In this document: piece by piece, positions 23,362-35,562 of the stretch
Layout of the letters: the number at the start of each line of letters is the position of its first letter
How positions within the stretch are numbered: the stretch's first letter is position 1
Origin: Macrostomum lignano
Lineage: Eukaryota
DNA length: 50,579 bases
Reading direction: 5' to 3'
NCBI GenBank assembly: GCA_002269645.1
Contig: NIVC01003420.1
Coordinates: 1-50,579 of the forward strand
Made by a program: the position numbers and the translations under genes
Notes under the pieces: model-generated
Databases searched by the model: none
Seen by the model: the letters and a program-made list of their open reading frames with translations, nothing else
What the model was told of the DNA's origin: nothing

Positions 23362-24645
23362 TCTAGTAAGTTTTCTAGTAAGGTTTTTAGTAAGTTTTTT
23401 AGTAAGTTTTTTAAGTAAGTTTTCTAGTAAGTTTTCTAGTAAGTTTTCTAGTAAGGTTTTTAGTAAGTTTTTTAGTAAGTTTTTTAAGTAAGTTTTCTAG
23501 TAAGTTTTTTAGTAAGTTTTGTAGTAAGTTCTGTAGTAAGTTCTGTAGTAAGATTTCAAGTAAGTTTTCTGGTAGGTTTTCTAGTAAGTTCTGTAGTAAG
23601 TTCTGTAGTAAGATTTCTAGTAAGTTTTGTAGTAAGTTTTGTAGTAAGTTCTGTAGTAAGTTTTCTATTAAGTTTTGTCGTAAGTTTTGTAGTAAGTTCT
23701 GTAGTAAGTTCTGTAGTAAGTTTTATAGTAAGTTTTCTAGTAAGTTTTCTAGTAAGTTTTGTAGTAAGTTTTTTAGTAAGTTCTGTAGTAATTTCTGTAG
23801 TAAGTTTTCAAGTAAGTTTTCTAGTAAGTTTTGTAGTAAGTTTTGTAGTAAGTTCTGTAGTAAGTTCTGTAGTAAGTTCTGTAGTAAGTTTTCAAGTAAG
23901 TTTTCAAGTAAATTTTCTAGTAAGTTTTCTAGTAAGTTTTGTAGTAAGTTTTTTAGTAAGTTCTGTAGTAAGTTCTGTAGTAAGATTTCAAGTATGTTTT
24001 CTAGTAAGTTTTCTAGTAAGTTCTGTAGTAAGTTCTGTAGTAAGATTTCTAGTAAGTTTTCTAGTAAGTTTTGTAGTAAGTTCTGTAGTAAGTTTTCTAT
24101 TAAGTTTTGTCGTAAGTTTTGTAGTAAGTTCTGTAGTAAGTTTTCTATTAAGTTCTGTAGTAAGTTTTCTAGTAAGTTCTATAGTAAGTTCTGTATTAAG
24201 TTCTGTAGTAAGTTCTGTATTAAGTTTTCTAGTAAGTTCTGTATTAAGTTCTATAGTAAGTTTTCTAGTAAGTTTTTAAGTAAGTTTTGCGGTAAGCTTT
24301 GTAGTAAATTTTTTAGTAAGTTTTGTTGTAAGTTTGCAAGTAAGCTTTGTAGTAAGTTTTCTAGTACGTTTTCTAGTAAGTTCTGTAGTAAGTTTTCTAT
24401 TAAGTTTTGTAGTAAGTTTTCTATTAAGTTTTGTAGTAAGTTCTGTAGTAAGTTTTCTATTAAGTTTTGTAGTAAGTTTTCTATTAAGTTTTGTAGTAAG
24501 TTCTGTAGTAAGTTTTCTATTAAGTTTTGTAGTAAGTTTTCTAGTAGTTTTTGTAGTAAGTTTTGTAGTAAGTTTTTTAGTAAGTTTTGTAGTAAGTTTT
24601 GTCGTAAGATTTCTAATAACTTTTAGTAAATTTTCCAGTAAATTT
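23362..24645. repeat. AT-rich 12-bp satellite (agtaagtt[t/c]t[c/g]t), ~105 units
   Basis: Read directly. Confidence 0.96.
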
Positions 24646-24789
24646 TCTGGTAAACGCACCAAGATCTCGGAACAGAAAATTTATGTAGTCACTATGCAAT
24701 TTACTTAGTTCTCATCTCGATGCTTTCGAGTGAATTCTACTATAAAGTTATAATAAAAAGAAACTTTTGTAGCACAAGTTCTCCTTTCT

Positions 24790-24985
24790 AGTTTCTCCTT
24801 CTAAAAGTATTAGCGAGAGTCCTCTGTTCTAATAGGATAGAGATATTGTCAGATACGCTGTGCTATTTTATTGCAAATAAGGTCACAGCTACAAGTGATC
24901 GAAGACCGTTGCAGACTTTTCAGTTTTTTTCGATACTCTGTCCTTGCAAGCAGTTCAATTGCCGCGCACCATGCTACCTAGTTAC
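24790..24985 (+). repeat. Non-coding relic of the PPP1R3 tandem duplication (paralogous to ~29985-30330)
   Basis: Shared blocks ctaaaagtatt, agtcctctgtt and cagatacgctgtgctattttattg[c/t]aaataaggtcacagctac, about 2 kb upstream of copies 2 and 3. Confidence 0.8.
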
Positions 24986-26780
24986 AAAAATGGGTTTGGT
25001 AAGCAGCCCGTAGCTTATAACGGATGACGTAACTATCATAGCCACCCCCTTACCTTCAGGCCAGTCTTGATGGGGGTCCCCGCTGTTTTCAATGCATCCT
25101 GACAGATAATAATTGAAGTTCAATCTGTAAACAAGTGCCCTGACATTGCCGCGTATGCATTTCCGATCTACAGTAAATATAGAAATTGAAAAGGGCATGG
25201 TGAACTTTAAAACCACAGCTACTGATAAAATAGCCGCTGCTTTCGAAAACCGGAAAAAAAGGATTATGAAATAAAGTCCTGGGACATTCAAAATCGATAG
25301 GCTTGAGAGAAGCCTCATTGCTGTCCATGCCATGGTCAAGCGAAAAGTCACAAAAGTAACAAAAGCGATTCGTCACAGCGAAAAGTACATGAAATAAATT
25401 CGTCACGTGATGACATTGGCTGCAACATTTTTTCACAAAAAGCGTGACTGTTTCTATGCTTATCAGTGAGTTGTGAGCATTTGCAAATTTACAAAGCGAG
25501 AATGTACTAGTTAATAAATCTCTTCTTGCAAAATTTACATTCACCCACATCTAGAGAGTATAAATTCTTCCAAGTCTTCAAAGTACTTCTTAAGCTAAAT
25601 CTAGTTAAAACCAAGTTTGCCAACTAACACTCGTCCGGCAGACTCATCTCAAGAAAGTGAAAGCCAAATCAAAGCCAAAGAAAGTCAAAGAAATCTTGTG
25701 CGTATTGTGAGCCTGCTCAGGTTAATGGGACAGAACTGCCTTGCCAGCAGGCTAATTGACCGTTTCACCGAAGGCAGGATTCCCGCAACCAATAGGCATT
25801 AGGAAATTATCAGTAACACAGGCAGCTACCAGAAATTCTGTTTTCTATGCCCTATTCGACCTTTCGTGTCAAATTTCAGACGAGTCACCGTGACAGAAAC
25901 CGCTCCGACATGGCAAGTGGTAAACAACTTGCGCAGACAAGTGCGCAGATAGCAGCCAAGGAGAAAAGGGGGGGGGCAGCAGTGGAGACATTCAAGTGTC
26001 AGTGATTCTACGATAGCACGGCGACTGTGTGGGTTTGTTTGGCCCAAAAACCTCTATATGAACCCTGAGAATCAAAGTGTAATGTGCGGCGTCTGTCTGA
26101 CCTTCTACCCAGCCGGCCTGCCAGCTAATAGTAAACAGCAGAGGTTGGTCAGGTCAGTGGGCAGTGTACGAGTATACATGGGGCAGCTGACATTCTTGCC
26201 TACCCTGCCTTCAATCAAAGCCACTCTGAATACCAAAGGGTGTTCATTCACAAGTACGCGCGCCCGGCTGTACAGGAGCGCAAAGAATCCAGGCATTCCC
26301 GATTTCTCTTCCCCTAGGATTTTTCTCTCCCCGACCGGCTAAAACTGCCTCTCCTCCATTGGGTAAGGCAGAGCTGATTTACAGCAGTAGTGTGGAAGTG
26401 TGCGAGGGTCTGCACGTTTAATATCCCGGTAGCAATTAACTTTTTTTCTACGGATAAGCAGGTGGATCTTCACTTATTGAGGCAAGTTGGTGAGTAACTT
26501 CGAGCTGGTATGTGCACCCAGCTCAAGATTTTTAATTTTATCCCTCGAAAACAGATGCAGTTGTTTTATTAGCATTGTTACCAATTCTCTGAAAAATTGC
26601 GGTAGCTGAAGTCCAGGAAGGGCCAGTGACTTCTTTTGACAGATCCATTATTTATAAAAAAATGATTGACCTGAATAAAGGTACCGACAATAGACAATTC
26701 AATATTATGAAAAACTGTAAGCAAAGGTGGATTGTTTATTATATTCGAATTTCAGTCCGACTCTGAAAATGCAACCGGTC

Positions 26781-27890
26781 ATGAACGATTCAGTCGCCAC
26801 CGAAAACGATGGATGGACGATGCCGCCGGGAAACACCCTGGACGTTCGCATCGACAAGTCAACAACGTCGCACCTGAGCCAAATATCATCCGGAATCTAC
26901 AGCATGGAATCTGGGAGCGACGATGGCGTATGCGATAGCCTCAGTCGTGCATTCCGAGAAATCGGACTCAAAGAGGTCGGTACGAATCGCGAGCTATCCG
27001 CTTCCGACACCGCGGCTCAAGTCGACGGCTGGGTGCAGCGGAGCTGCGATCAGACAGCCAGCGAAGAGGAAACCGACGTCGATCCGTTCGAGGATGACGT
27101 CACAGAAGCCGCAGATACGAACCAGGTGGAAGTATTGGACGAGGATGACGTCACAGAAGCCGCAGATACGGACCAGGTCGAAGTATTGGATGAGGACGAA
27201 GAGACCTGGACATCGCGGGTGGCCGTCAAGAGGTGCTCTTCGCTGAGGAGCAGCTGCTCGACTGACAGCGACAGTAGCCGACGCACCAAAAAGGCCGTGC
27301 GATTCGCCGACTCACTGGGTTTGGATCTCATCAAGGTGCGCCACGTATTCAAGTTCGACGCACCGACTGAGACGGAGCCGACTCTTCGGCGACTTGGACG
27401 CAGGCGAGACTCTTTGGCTCCCGCATCTGCTGGTCGGTCTCGGCGGCGCCTCTTAGTCAGTCCGTGCTTTCCTCAGCCGGGAAGCTGCGCCGGCTTCATC
27501 TCGCGAGTCATGTCTCAGAAGATAATGCTCGAGAGGGCGTCGTTTGATCAGAGCAGCTGTGTTCTGTCCGGCCACATCCGGGTGTGCAACCTGCACTTCG
27601 AGAAGCGAGTAACTGTTCGAGTCACATTCGACGGCTGGCACAACTGCAGCGAGGTCCCGGCGGTCTACGAGGCATCGGACACAGCCGCCGACATGACTGA
27701 CAGGTTCGCTTTCCGGATCCCGATGCCGCCCGGCTTCGGCACAGGGGCGGGCGATCGAGCGGCGCTCTGCGTTCGCTACGACACCTTGGGGCAGACGTTC
27801 TGGGACAGCAACTATGGGGAGAACTACACGTTCGACTGCCTGCCACTCGGATGGGAGGACTCAGACGAGTCATTAGCAAGCTTTTCGTAG
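26781..27890 (+). CDS. PPP1R3-like: PP1 glycogen-targeting subunit, copy 2 (alternative ATG at 26769)
   Basis: Same RVxF, CBM21 and WDSNYGENY motifs; near-identical to copy 1. Confidence 0.93.
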   Translation: MNDSVATENDGWTMPPGNTLDVRIDKSTTSHLSQISSGIYSMESGSDDGVCDSLSRAFREIGLKEVGTNRELSASDTAAQVDGWVQRSCDQTASEEETDVDPFEDDVTEAADTNQVEVLDEDDVTEAADTDQVEVLDEDEETWTSRVAVKRCSSLRSSCSTDSDSSRRTKKAVRFADSLGLDLIKVRHVFKFDAPTETEPTLRRLGRRRDSLAPASAGRSRRRLLVSPCFPQPGSCAGFISRVMSQKIMLERASFDQSSCVLSGHIRVCNLHFEKRVTVRVTFDGWHNCSEVPAVYEASDTAADMTDRFAFRIPMPPGFGTGAGDRAALCVRYDTLGQTFWDSNYGENYTFDCLPLGWEDSDESLASFS

Positions 27891-28990
27891 ATCTGATATG
27901 CATCGTCGTTGAGAGTGTCTTTGCAGTTTCATTTGATTTCTCTCGCATTATGTTCATTTTTCGCATGATATAGAGCAGTTTTTTTATTTAAAAAAATATT
28001 TTTTGCATAAATAATTCGTAAACAATTCTCTATATGAGTCTTCTGAATGGCTTATCTTGAGGATTGTACATTTATGTTGAAGAGTCATTTTTTGTTATGT
28101 TACACATGTTTCATGTACTCGCAATTCCAGAGTTGATCCTCATTTGATATGTACAATCGCAGTCACAATTGTACCAGATTAGTCCTCCGAATGAATTTTC
28201 GGCGCGAGAACTCGCTTGGCAGCAAAAACCTCATCTGTGTGACAATTAATGTCACAGGGGTCAATTTGTATAGTTCAGCATTGTTCCTTGATTTTGTTTC
28301 GTGACACTCGTCCCAAAAAATTCGAATTTTCTTTCAAGCGAAAACGGCCTGTTAGCATGAGGCACAATGATTTAAGTTTGTTTTTTTTCATTCAGTCTTG
28401 TCACGTGACTTTTTATTTCCCAAATTCACCTGTCATGTGCAAGCGTACCCGAGCGTGCACAAGTAATAAATAATATTTCCAGATAGAACTTTACAGCAAT
28501 GAGCATATTTTAATGAGATATGATATTTTTACTCGTCTGTGAAATACACTGGAGCACAATATAAGAAAAAGAAAATTTTCGCCGAATAGAACCGCTCAAA
28601 ATTGGATCCGATGAAGCTTTGCAATTCTGAAGCAGTTCGACAAGCAGTGAATTTTCTGAAGCGTCTAAGACGGTCTGATTACATACCTACTCTGTCCTGC
28701 ATAAACAGCCTGTTTAATTAGCTTTCACCTTTGAAACTACAGAAATGGACTTGGAATGGCTCCAGATCTGTGATAGATATCACTTATTGTGAGTTCCAGT
28801 CATGGCTAAAAATGGCGAGATCTGCCTTCTCTAATAGCGAGATCGCCTTTGTGGGAGTTACAAACCAGGCGTGCATTCGAAATCTCAAGTCGGAGAAATT
28901 CTCAAATTTTTTTCGACAAGGGACCTTGTAAGAATATTCTTTGCAGAGAATAATGCAGAGAAATATTTTCTGCTGTACAATTAGCAACTC

Positions 28991-29134
28991 CGATTGAGCG
29001 CCAACGACACTAAGACGACTAGGCCTGAAGAAATCCAACATTCCCATATCTCACGTCCCGATTGGGCGCCAACGACACTAAGACGACTAGGCCTGAAGAA
29101 ATCCAACATTCCCATATCTCACGTCCCGATTGGG
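28991..29134. repeat. 68-bp direct tandem duplication
   Basis: cgattg[a/g]gcgccaacgacactaagacgactaggcctgaagaaatccaacattcccatatctcacgtcc occurs twice, plus 8 nt of a third copy. Confidence 0.95.
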
Positions 29135-30129
29135 AGCAGAATTTTAACTAGATAATGCACCCGTTTGATAGCAGAAAAATATCTCTTCTCTCTATTTTTG
29201 TGTCCGAGTCTGTCTGATCTCAGGTGCGCAAAGACACCCAGGACCATCCGGTGCTCTTTGACTATTCGAGGGAACTTCAAAGGAACCTGTTGGGAAACTG
29301 CGACTATAGAGTTAAGAAAACCATCAAAGTATTGATATTTGAGACGTTTTCTATTTTCAATTTAGCAGTCGCCGTAGCACCTGTAGAATAATTGCTCAAC
29401 GGCCACAGAAGCGAGTCTCAGCGTATCTGCCTGGACAGATTGTATGCAAGAATTTAGATAGAAATCGCTTTCTGTCTTGCTTGTTCCGCCGGTGTCAAAC
29501 GGTATTCCATAAGATTTCGTCAGTGAGACATCCAAATCTTCGAATAGTGTTCCCATCGTCTGTGCCTGTGGAACATGCCAGTTAAGTCTCTCTGCATGCT
29601 TATATTTCAATGGGCAGATGCGACAACAGGGCACCATCCGGTTGGAAGCCTGGCTTGGAAAGAGAGAGTCTTGCCGAAGTCTTGGCTGAGCCACCTGATG
29701 CTGTTGGCTGCAGGTTGCCAACAGCTAACAGGCAGTTTTGGTGAAGTAGTGCCTGTGTGCAGTTCATGGTGCACACATCTGGCCATTGACTTACTTCAGA
29801 GTGAGAAAGCTCTGCGCAACAAATTCACTGCAACCAGAGAAGAACAAGGTTAACGTGTAGATTCGGAGAAAATTATTGAGTGACCATGCAGTTTACTCGT
29901 ATTCGCTGAGATCCTCGATGCTGTCGAGTGAAAGGTCTGTATCATACAATTAAAATAATCTTTTGAAGCGCAGGTTTTCTTCTCCTAAAAGTATTCGTTC
30001 ATGAAAGTCCTCTGTTACTATAGAGAATATTGATATTATCAGTATTGTGGCAAAGTTGCGCGTCTGATGAAAAGCAAAATTAAGAACGTGAGCGCTATCA
30101 TTTTTTGTTATTCGGCATGTTTCGCCTCG

Positions 30130-30167
30130 CGTCAGGCATCGTCAGGCATCGTCAGGCATCGTCAGGC
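30130..30167. repeat. (cgtcaggcat) x ~4
   Basis: Read directly. Confidence 0.85.
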
Positions 30168-32125
30168 TCCTGACGAGATAAGATATTATCAGATACGCTG
30201 TGCTATTTTATTGTAAATAAGGTCACAGCTACGAGTGAAGAACAGCGCAGACTTTTCAGTTCTTACGGCCTCTGTCCTCGCAAACAGATCAATGCGAGCG
30301 CTTCGAGATACCGCTGCTATGTAACCTAGTCGCAGAAATGCAGAAATGTCGTAAATAGACAGCGATAGTGTTGACGGCAGTTGGAACTTTGCATGGAACA
30401 CATGGCTCACCGGGCTCTGTACCGTCTGACCTCGTGGTGCAGTGGTAAACAGAAACACCCACTTACTCTTTCTGAAAATACCAGCCAATAGCAAAAGCTT
30501 GTGCAATAGAAACTACGTACATGTACAAATAGTTTCCGACATTGTAGTGTTACTTTCTACTGGCCAGAGATAAATAATGGCAGAAAGAACTTTTATCCAC
30601 TGGAAAAATAGCATGCTGCACAACACTCAGATGTTACAATTTCCGCGGCTGCTAAGTAGCAGGTGAAGGTGATTTTGAATGATGATTAGGACATAGCTCG
30701 TGTTGGAAATCTGTAGGCCTGTGATTTTTTCTGCCAACGGATGAAGCTACATTAATGCAGAATAATTATTAGTGACTTTCTTTGATAACTTAACAAAACT
30801 TAAAAGACGTTTGCTTCCCTTCTAGACGTTACACAGTGTGTATTTTTTCTCTTTGCGCTCTCCTCATAATGTTTACTGAATTATAAATGGAGTTTAAAAA
30901 GCGAGAACACAATACAAATTATGAATTATGATTATGTACTTTTAAAAAATCCGACTTTCTTGCTCAAACTGCACTTAAATAACAAACCCATCGCCCCGTG
31001 AATATGATGATGATGAAAGAAGCGCCTCACCCGTGAAAATATTTTTCTTACTTTATTCAGTGGTCTGCATTCGACTGTCTGGAAACTGCCTTCAATTCAC
31101 TTATTTGCGCCAGAAACCGCTTAGAATCAGGTTTTACTGGCTCAGTAGATTAGAGCCGAGCGCGCGGTAAACAGCTTGCACAGACGGATCGAAGCAAAAA
31201 AATTGTAGTGGAGGCAGCCAAGTGTCTGGTCTATCTGGCTTTCTGGGCTTTCTAGCCCCAGCCGGCTCTTGGCTAGCCAATAATAGTACAGCCTGCAAGG
31301 TTTGCTAGGCAGGGCGCCAACCTCTGTGTTCATATGGGGTTTCTGGCCTGTTCTGCCCTCATTCACAGCTGTATTAAATATCCAAGCGGCAGCGCGGAAA
31401 CGCCAGCAAAACAATTCCCGCATCCCGCATAGGTACGCGCGCGCCCGGCTGTACAGGAGGACCGCAAAGCATCCAGACAATCCCAATTTTTCTTTTACTG
31501 ACTTCTCTGCCCGCATAGCCGAAACTGCCTTTCTATTATCTGGTAAGATTTAGCAAATTTATTGAGGCTGTGGAAAATGTCCAAGCGTCAGTGCGACTGT
31601 AGATTATTGTGTACCGGCAGAACGGTAAATTTCCTTACGAATGTCAACCTGGAAATCCGCAGATGGTCTTCAAGTGATGAGGTAAGGTTGTAAGTAACTT
31701 TACTATTGCCGCACCCATTTCACCTATGATAAAGAATTATTTACCTGAATTATTTAATGATTCATATTATTATCACCATAATTGTATTGGGCCACGTAAC
31801 CCTCCAAATCAAGTTCAATCGTCTTTTTACATCCAGTCGAAAACTTGAGTTATTAGTAAATATTGATACTTCAGTACATATACTATAAACATGTTGACCT
31901 ACTATGCTTCTAATTTTAATTTGTGCTCAATGGACGTGTGGAAAACAGTTTATTTCAGACCAGAGTACCGGTTGTTTTCGAAAAGACAGGGACATAATTC
32001 TTGAGGTCACTTTTCCGCAAGTTTATGTAAAAAAGAAAATTTAAACTGCACATTGAATAGCTAACGCAAAATAAAAAAAATTAATTAAAATCCGAATTTC
32101 AGTCCGACTTCAAATCAAGCTGAAC

Positions 32126-33304
32126 ATGAACGATACAGTCACCAGAAAGTCTGGCACTACTCGTGTAAACGATGGATCGACGCTGCCAAAAGAAATTTTG
32201 GCCGTTTGCATCGACAAGTCAACACCGTCGCACCTGAGACAAATATCATCTGGCTTCTACAGCATGGAATCTGGGAGCGACGACGGCGTATGCGATAGCC
32301 TCAGTCGTGCATTCCGAGAAATCGGACTCAAAGAGGTCGGTACGAATCGCGAGCTATCCGCTTCCGACACCGCGGCTCAAGTCGACGGCTGGGTGCAGCG
32401 GAGCTGCGATCAGACAGCCAGCGAAGAGGAAACCGACGTCGATCCGTTCGAAGATGACGTCACGGAAGCTGCAGATACGTACCAGGTCGAAGTATTGGAC
32501 GAGGATGACGTCACGGAAGCTGCAGATACGTACCAGGTCGAAGTATTGGACGAGGATGACGTCACGGAAGCCGCAGATACGGACCAGGTCGAAGTATTGG
32601 ATGAGGACGAAGAGACCTGGACATCGCGGGTGGCCGTCAAGCGGTGCTCTTCGCTGAAGAGCAGCTGCTTGACCGACAGCGACAGTAGCCGACGCACCAA
32701 AAAGGCCGTGCGATTCGCCGACTCACTCGGCTTGGATCTCATCAAGGTGCGCCACGTATTCAAGTTCGACGCACCGACTGAGACGGAGCCGACTCTTCGG
32801 CGACTTGGACGCAGGCGAGACTCTTTGGCTCCCGCATCTGCTGGTCGGTCTCGGCGGCGTCTTTTCGTCAGTCCGTGTTTTCCTCAGCCGGGAAGCTGCG
32901 CCAGCTTCATCTCGCGAGTCATGTCTCAGAAGATAATGCTCGAGAGGGAGTCGTTCGATCAGAGCAGCTGTGTTCTGTCCGGCCACATCCGGGTGTGCAA
33001 CCTGCACTTCGAGAAGCGAGTAACTGTTCGAGTCACATTCGACGGCTGGCACAACTGCAGCGAGGTCCCGGCGGTCTACGAGGCATCGGACACAGCCGCC
33101 GACATGACTGACAGGTTCGCTTTCCGGATCCCGATGCCGCCCGGCTTCGGCACAGGGGCGGGCGATCGAGCGGCGCTCTGCGTTCGCTACGACACCTTGG
33201 GGCAGACGTTCTGGGACAGCAACTATGGGGAGAACTACACGTTCGACTGCCTGCCACTCGGATGGGAGGACTCAGACGACGAGTCATTAGCAAGCTTTTC
33301 GTAG
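32126..33304 (+). CDS. PPP1R3-like: PP1 glycogen-targeting subunit, copy 3, 392 aa (three acidic repeats)
   Basis: Same motifs; one extra 51-nt EDDVTEAADTxQVEVLD unit and an extra Asp near the C-terminus. Confidence 0.93.
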   Translation: MNDTVTRKSGTTRVNDGSTLPKEILAVCIDKSTPSHLRQISSGFYSMESGSDDGVCDSLSRAFREIGLKEVGTNRELSASDTAAQVDGWVQRSCDQTASEEETDVDPFEDDVTEAADTYQVEVLDEDDVTEAADTYQVEVLDEDDVTEAADTDQVEVLDEDEETWTSRVAVKRCSSLKSSCLTDSDSSRRTKKAVRFADSLGLDLIKVRHVFKFDAPTETEPTLRRLGRRRDSLAPASAGRSRRRLFVSPCFPQPGSCASFISRVMSQKIMLERESFDQSSCVLSGHIRVCNLHFEKRVTVRVTFDGWHNCSEVPAVYEASDTAADMTDRFAFRIPMPPGFGTGAGDRAALCVRYDTLGQTFWDSNYGENYTFDCLPLGWEDSDDESLASFS

Positions 33305-35562
33305 GCTTGACCATCGCCACCGAATTGTTAACCTTTGGTATCTAGCTACGAGCGTAGCTGTATCTTAATTGCATCAAGCATGGGGCTTTTCCTGCGACCC
33401 AACCACACGCGAAGGTCTTGTATTATATTTTAAGGTATTTTAATTAGTAAACAGTCATGATTTCACTATTTTTATAACCTTATTCGCTTACAAATAAGAC
33501 TGACGGGTGAGTCTTTTTAGAACAACTTTGTGTTAAATTACTGTTTTATAGAGTATATCAGAATTGAGTGCAAATTTCTTGATCACAGTCTGTTTTTTTA
33601 AAGTTGACGTAGTAGTGCGAGTGTTCGGCGGCCTTTGCATTCGCTCAGTATTTGAGATGCCAGTAAGTGATAAAAGTCTAAATACTAATTTTTTCATACC
33701 GCAACTTCCTGCGCATGCATAGTCATGTATTCTTATTGTGTCACTCTGTTATTTTGTTTCGTGCGATATTTTGTTACTTAGTACAATAAATGTTGATAAC
33801 TATAAGGATCTGAATGATTTTCGCTTGGCAGGAGTTTCTTTTCGAATGTTTTAAGTGGTGCATAATTTGCAAAGAAATATAATATTGATATTTAATGAGC
33901 ATAACATTTCGAATTAAAAGTTAAGGCTAAAATTGAAGTATATTGCTGCTTTGATGCTTTGAAGCCGTTCTTTCTAAGAACTGCAGTTCACGTGTGTCAA
34001 ACGATGGCTTTGATTTTATTGCCAGACAAAAGAATGCAGTTCATCTTACGTGTTTACGCTCGTGCACGTGACGATGCGCTTCTAAAAAAATAAGTAGGAA
34101 AAGTAAAGCAACCGCCATTAGAATTTACCATTTCGTCTAGTGGTCTTTGGGTCAAGTTGACTAGAGCAGGCAGAACACACAATGGGCAAGACTGTCACTG
34201 CGTAGCACAGAGAGGTATTGGGAGGGCAGATACGAGCGTAAGGCAGATATGGAAAGAGTGGTTTTCAAAATGAAGAAATGTAAGACTACAGACAGATAAG
34301 AGAGGCTTTGTGCACCATACGTCATTGATTCTGTTGTTGTTAAATAGTTGCAATCTAATTCAGGAGAACAATTATATTTTAAAAAGTCGACAGTGTCTGA
34401 AAGCTGTGCAACATTTTCTGTCGAATTCGTTTTTTTCGCATTTCTGCTGTATGCTACTTCTTACAAGTAGAGTACAAAGTGCTTTCTATTCTACAGACGA
34501 AGGTATAGTAAGCAAAAACAACAGATCCTCTCAGATCTGTCTGATCAGATGCCCCGTACCGGTAGCTGTCTCTGGGCTTGCGAGTGAGCAGTCGATATAG
34601 GTACTCGTATCAATATTACACCTGGAGGCTACGCCACGTGCTACACAAGTACCAGGTAGAAGGACTCTTACAGACCGTAAAAACTCGTTCGTTTTTAAGC
34701 CCCACTTAGAGCGTGTCGATTTAGAGAACTACCTTTTCGTGCCGCCCATCTCCAAGTACTTTTCTGAACGTTGTCTTCATAAACTGGTGAATCTGAAGCA
34801 GAAAGAATCGCTACATACTTGCTTCATGTTCAGTTCAGAAGTCCAGGAGGGGCGAAACGCAACAATCCGCATACACAGTGCCATTGACCTTTTTGAACTG
34901 CTGTGTGTTCTTGGAAGTTTACTTAAGAACTCTGCTACCGATCTGCGGTACTTGAGCTGACCCGTTATACTTTCAATAGCTAAGCTTTAAAAATGTGTGA
35001 AATAAGTGAAACAAAAAATCATTTCAGTATTCGTAGGCACTGTGCAGTGACAAGCTGAACTTTAAGCATTGCAGGCGAGGAAAGGCCGGCACCCGAGCAT
35101 GGAAATTCGCACGAGCGTAACAAAGTAACAAAATAGGACACTGAATTTCTCAGCTTGTAAAAGTTGCGGCCGGCTGACTCCGTTCTTGACCGGTCTGCGA
35201 ATGGAGATTCAAATTTGGCTTGAAAAATTCAGTTAAGATTCGTGCTGAGCAGACCATCTGAGGGGAAGAAGTGGGCTCAAGACCACAGATGACATTGCCT
35301 TGGCTAATCTGGCGTAGCTACATTCCACTCGGCTACTTTCCTAGAGCTGCAATTTGAATATAAGGGATATAAGATGTATCTTGACGGATGCACGCCGGAA
35401 CGGGACATAATAGAATGAGTTCACTTCAATAAACAGGATTGCTTCTTCGCAAGCACCTGATTTTGAGAATTAACTAGCAGTCAGGGCACCCGGTTGGTGA
35501 GGCATCAAAATGGAATATGGAATAATTTTTTTGAATAAACTACGAATGCATTTAGCTTCTGA

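Noticed and set aside
23994-24708. SKFCSKF / TTKL ORFs
   Set aside because: 12-bp satellite translations.
24974-25550. Minus-strand 125/153-aa ORFs and a stop-poor plus frame, possibly a decayed transposase
   Set aside because: No recognisable motif, AT-rich, no splice support.
29362-29853. 119-aa and 92-aa ORFs between PPP1R3 copies 2 and 3
   Set aside because: No motif, codon bias or splice signals that I can support.
19694-33304. PPP1R3 copies as uncollapsed haplotypes or retrocopies
   Set aside because: The flanks differ far too much for haplotypes. Shared upstream and downstream non-coding relics and the absence of poly(A) tails indicate DNA-level tandem duplication.
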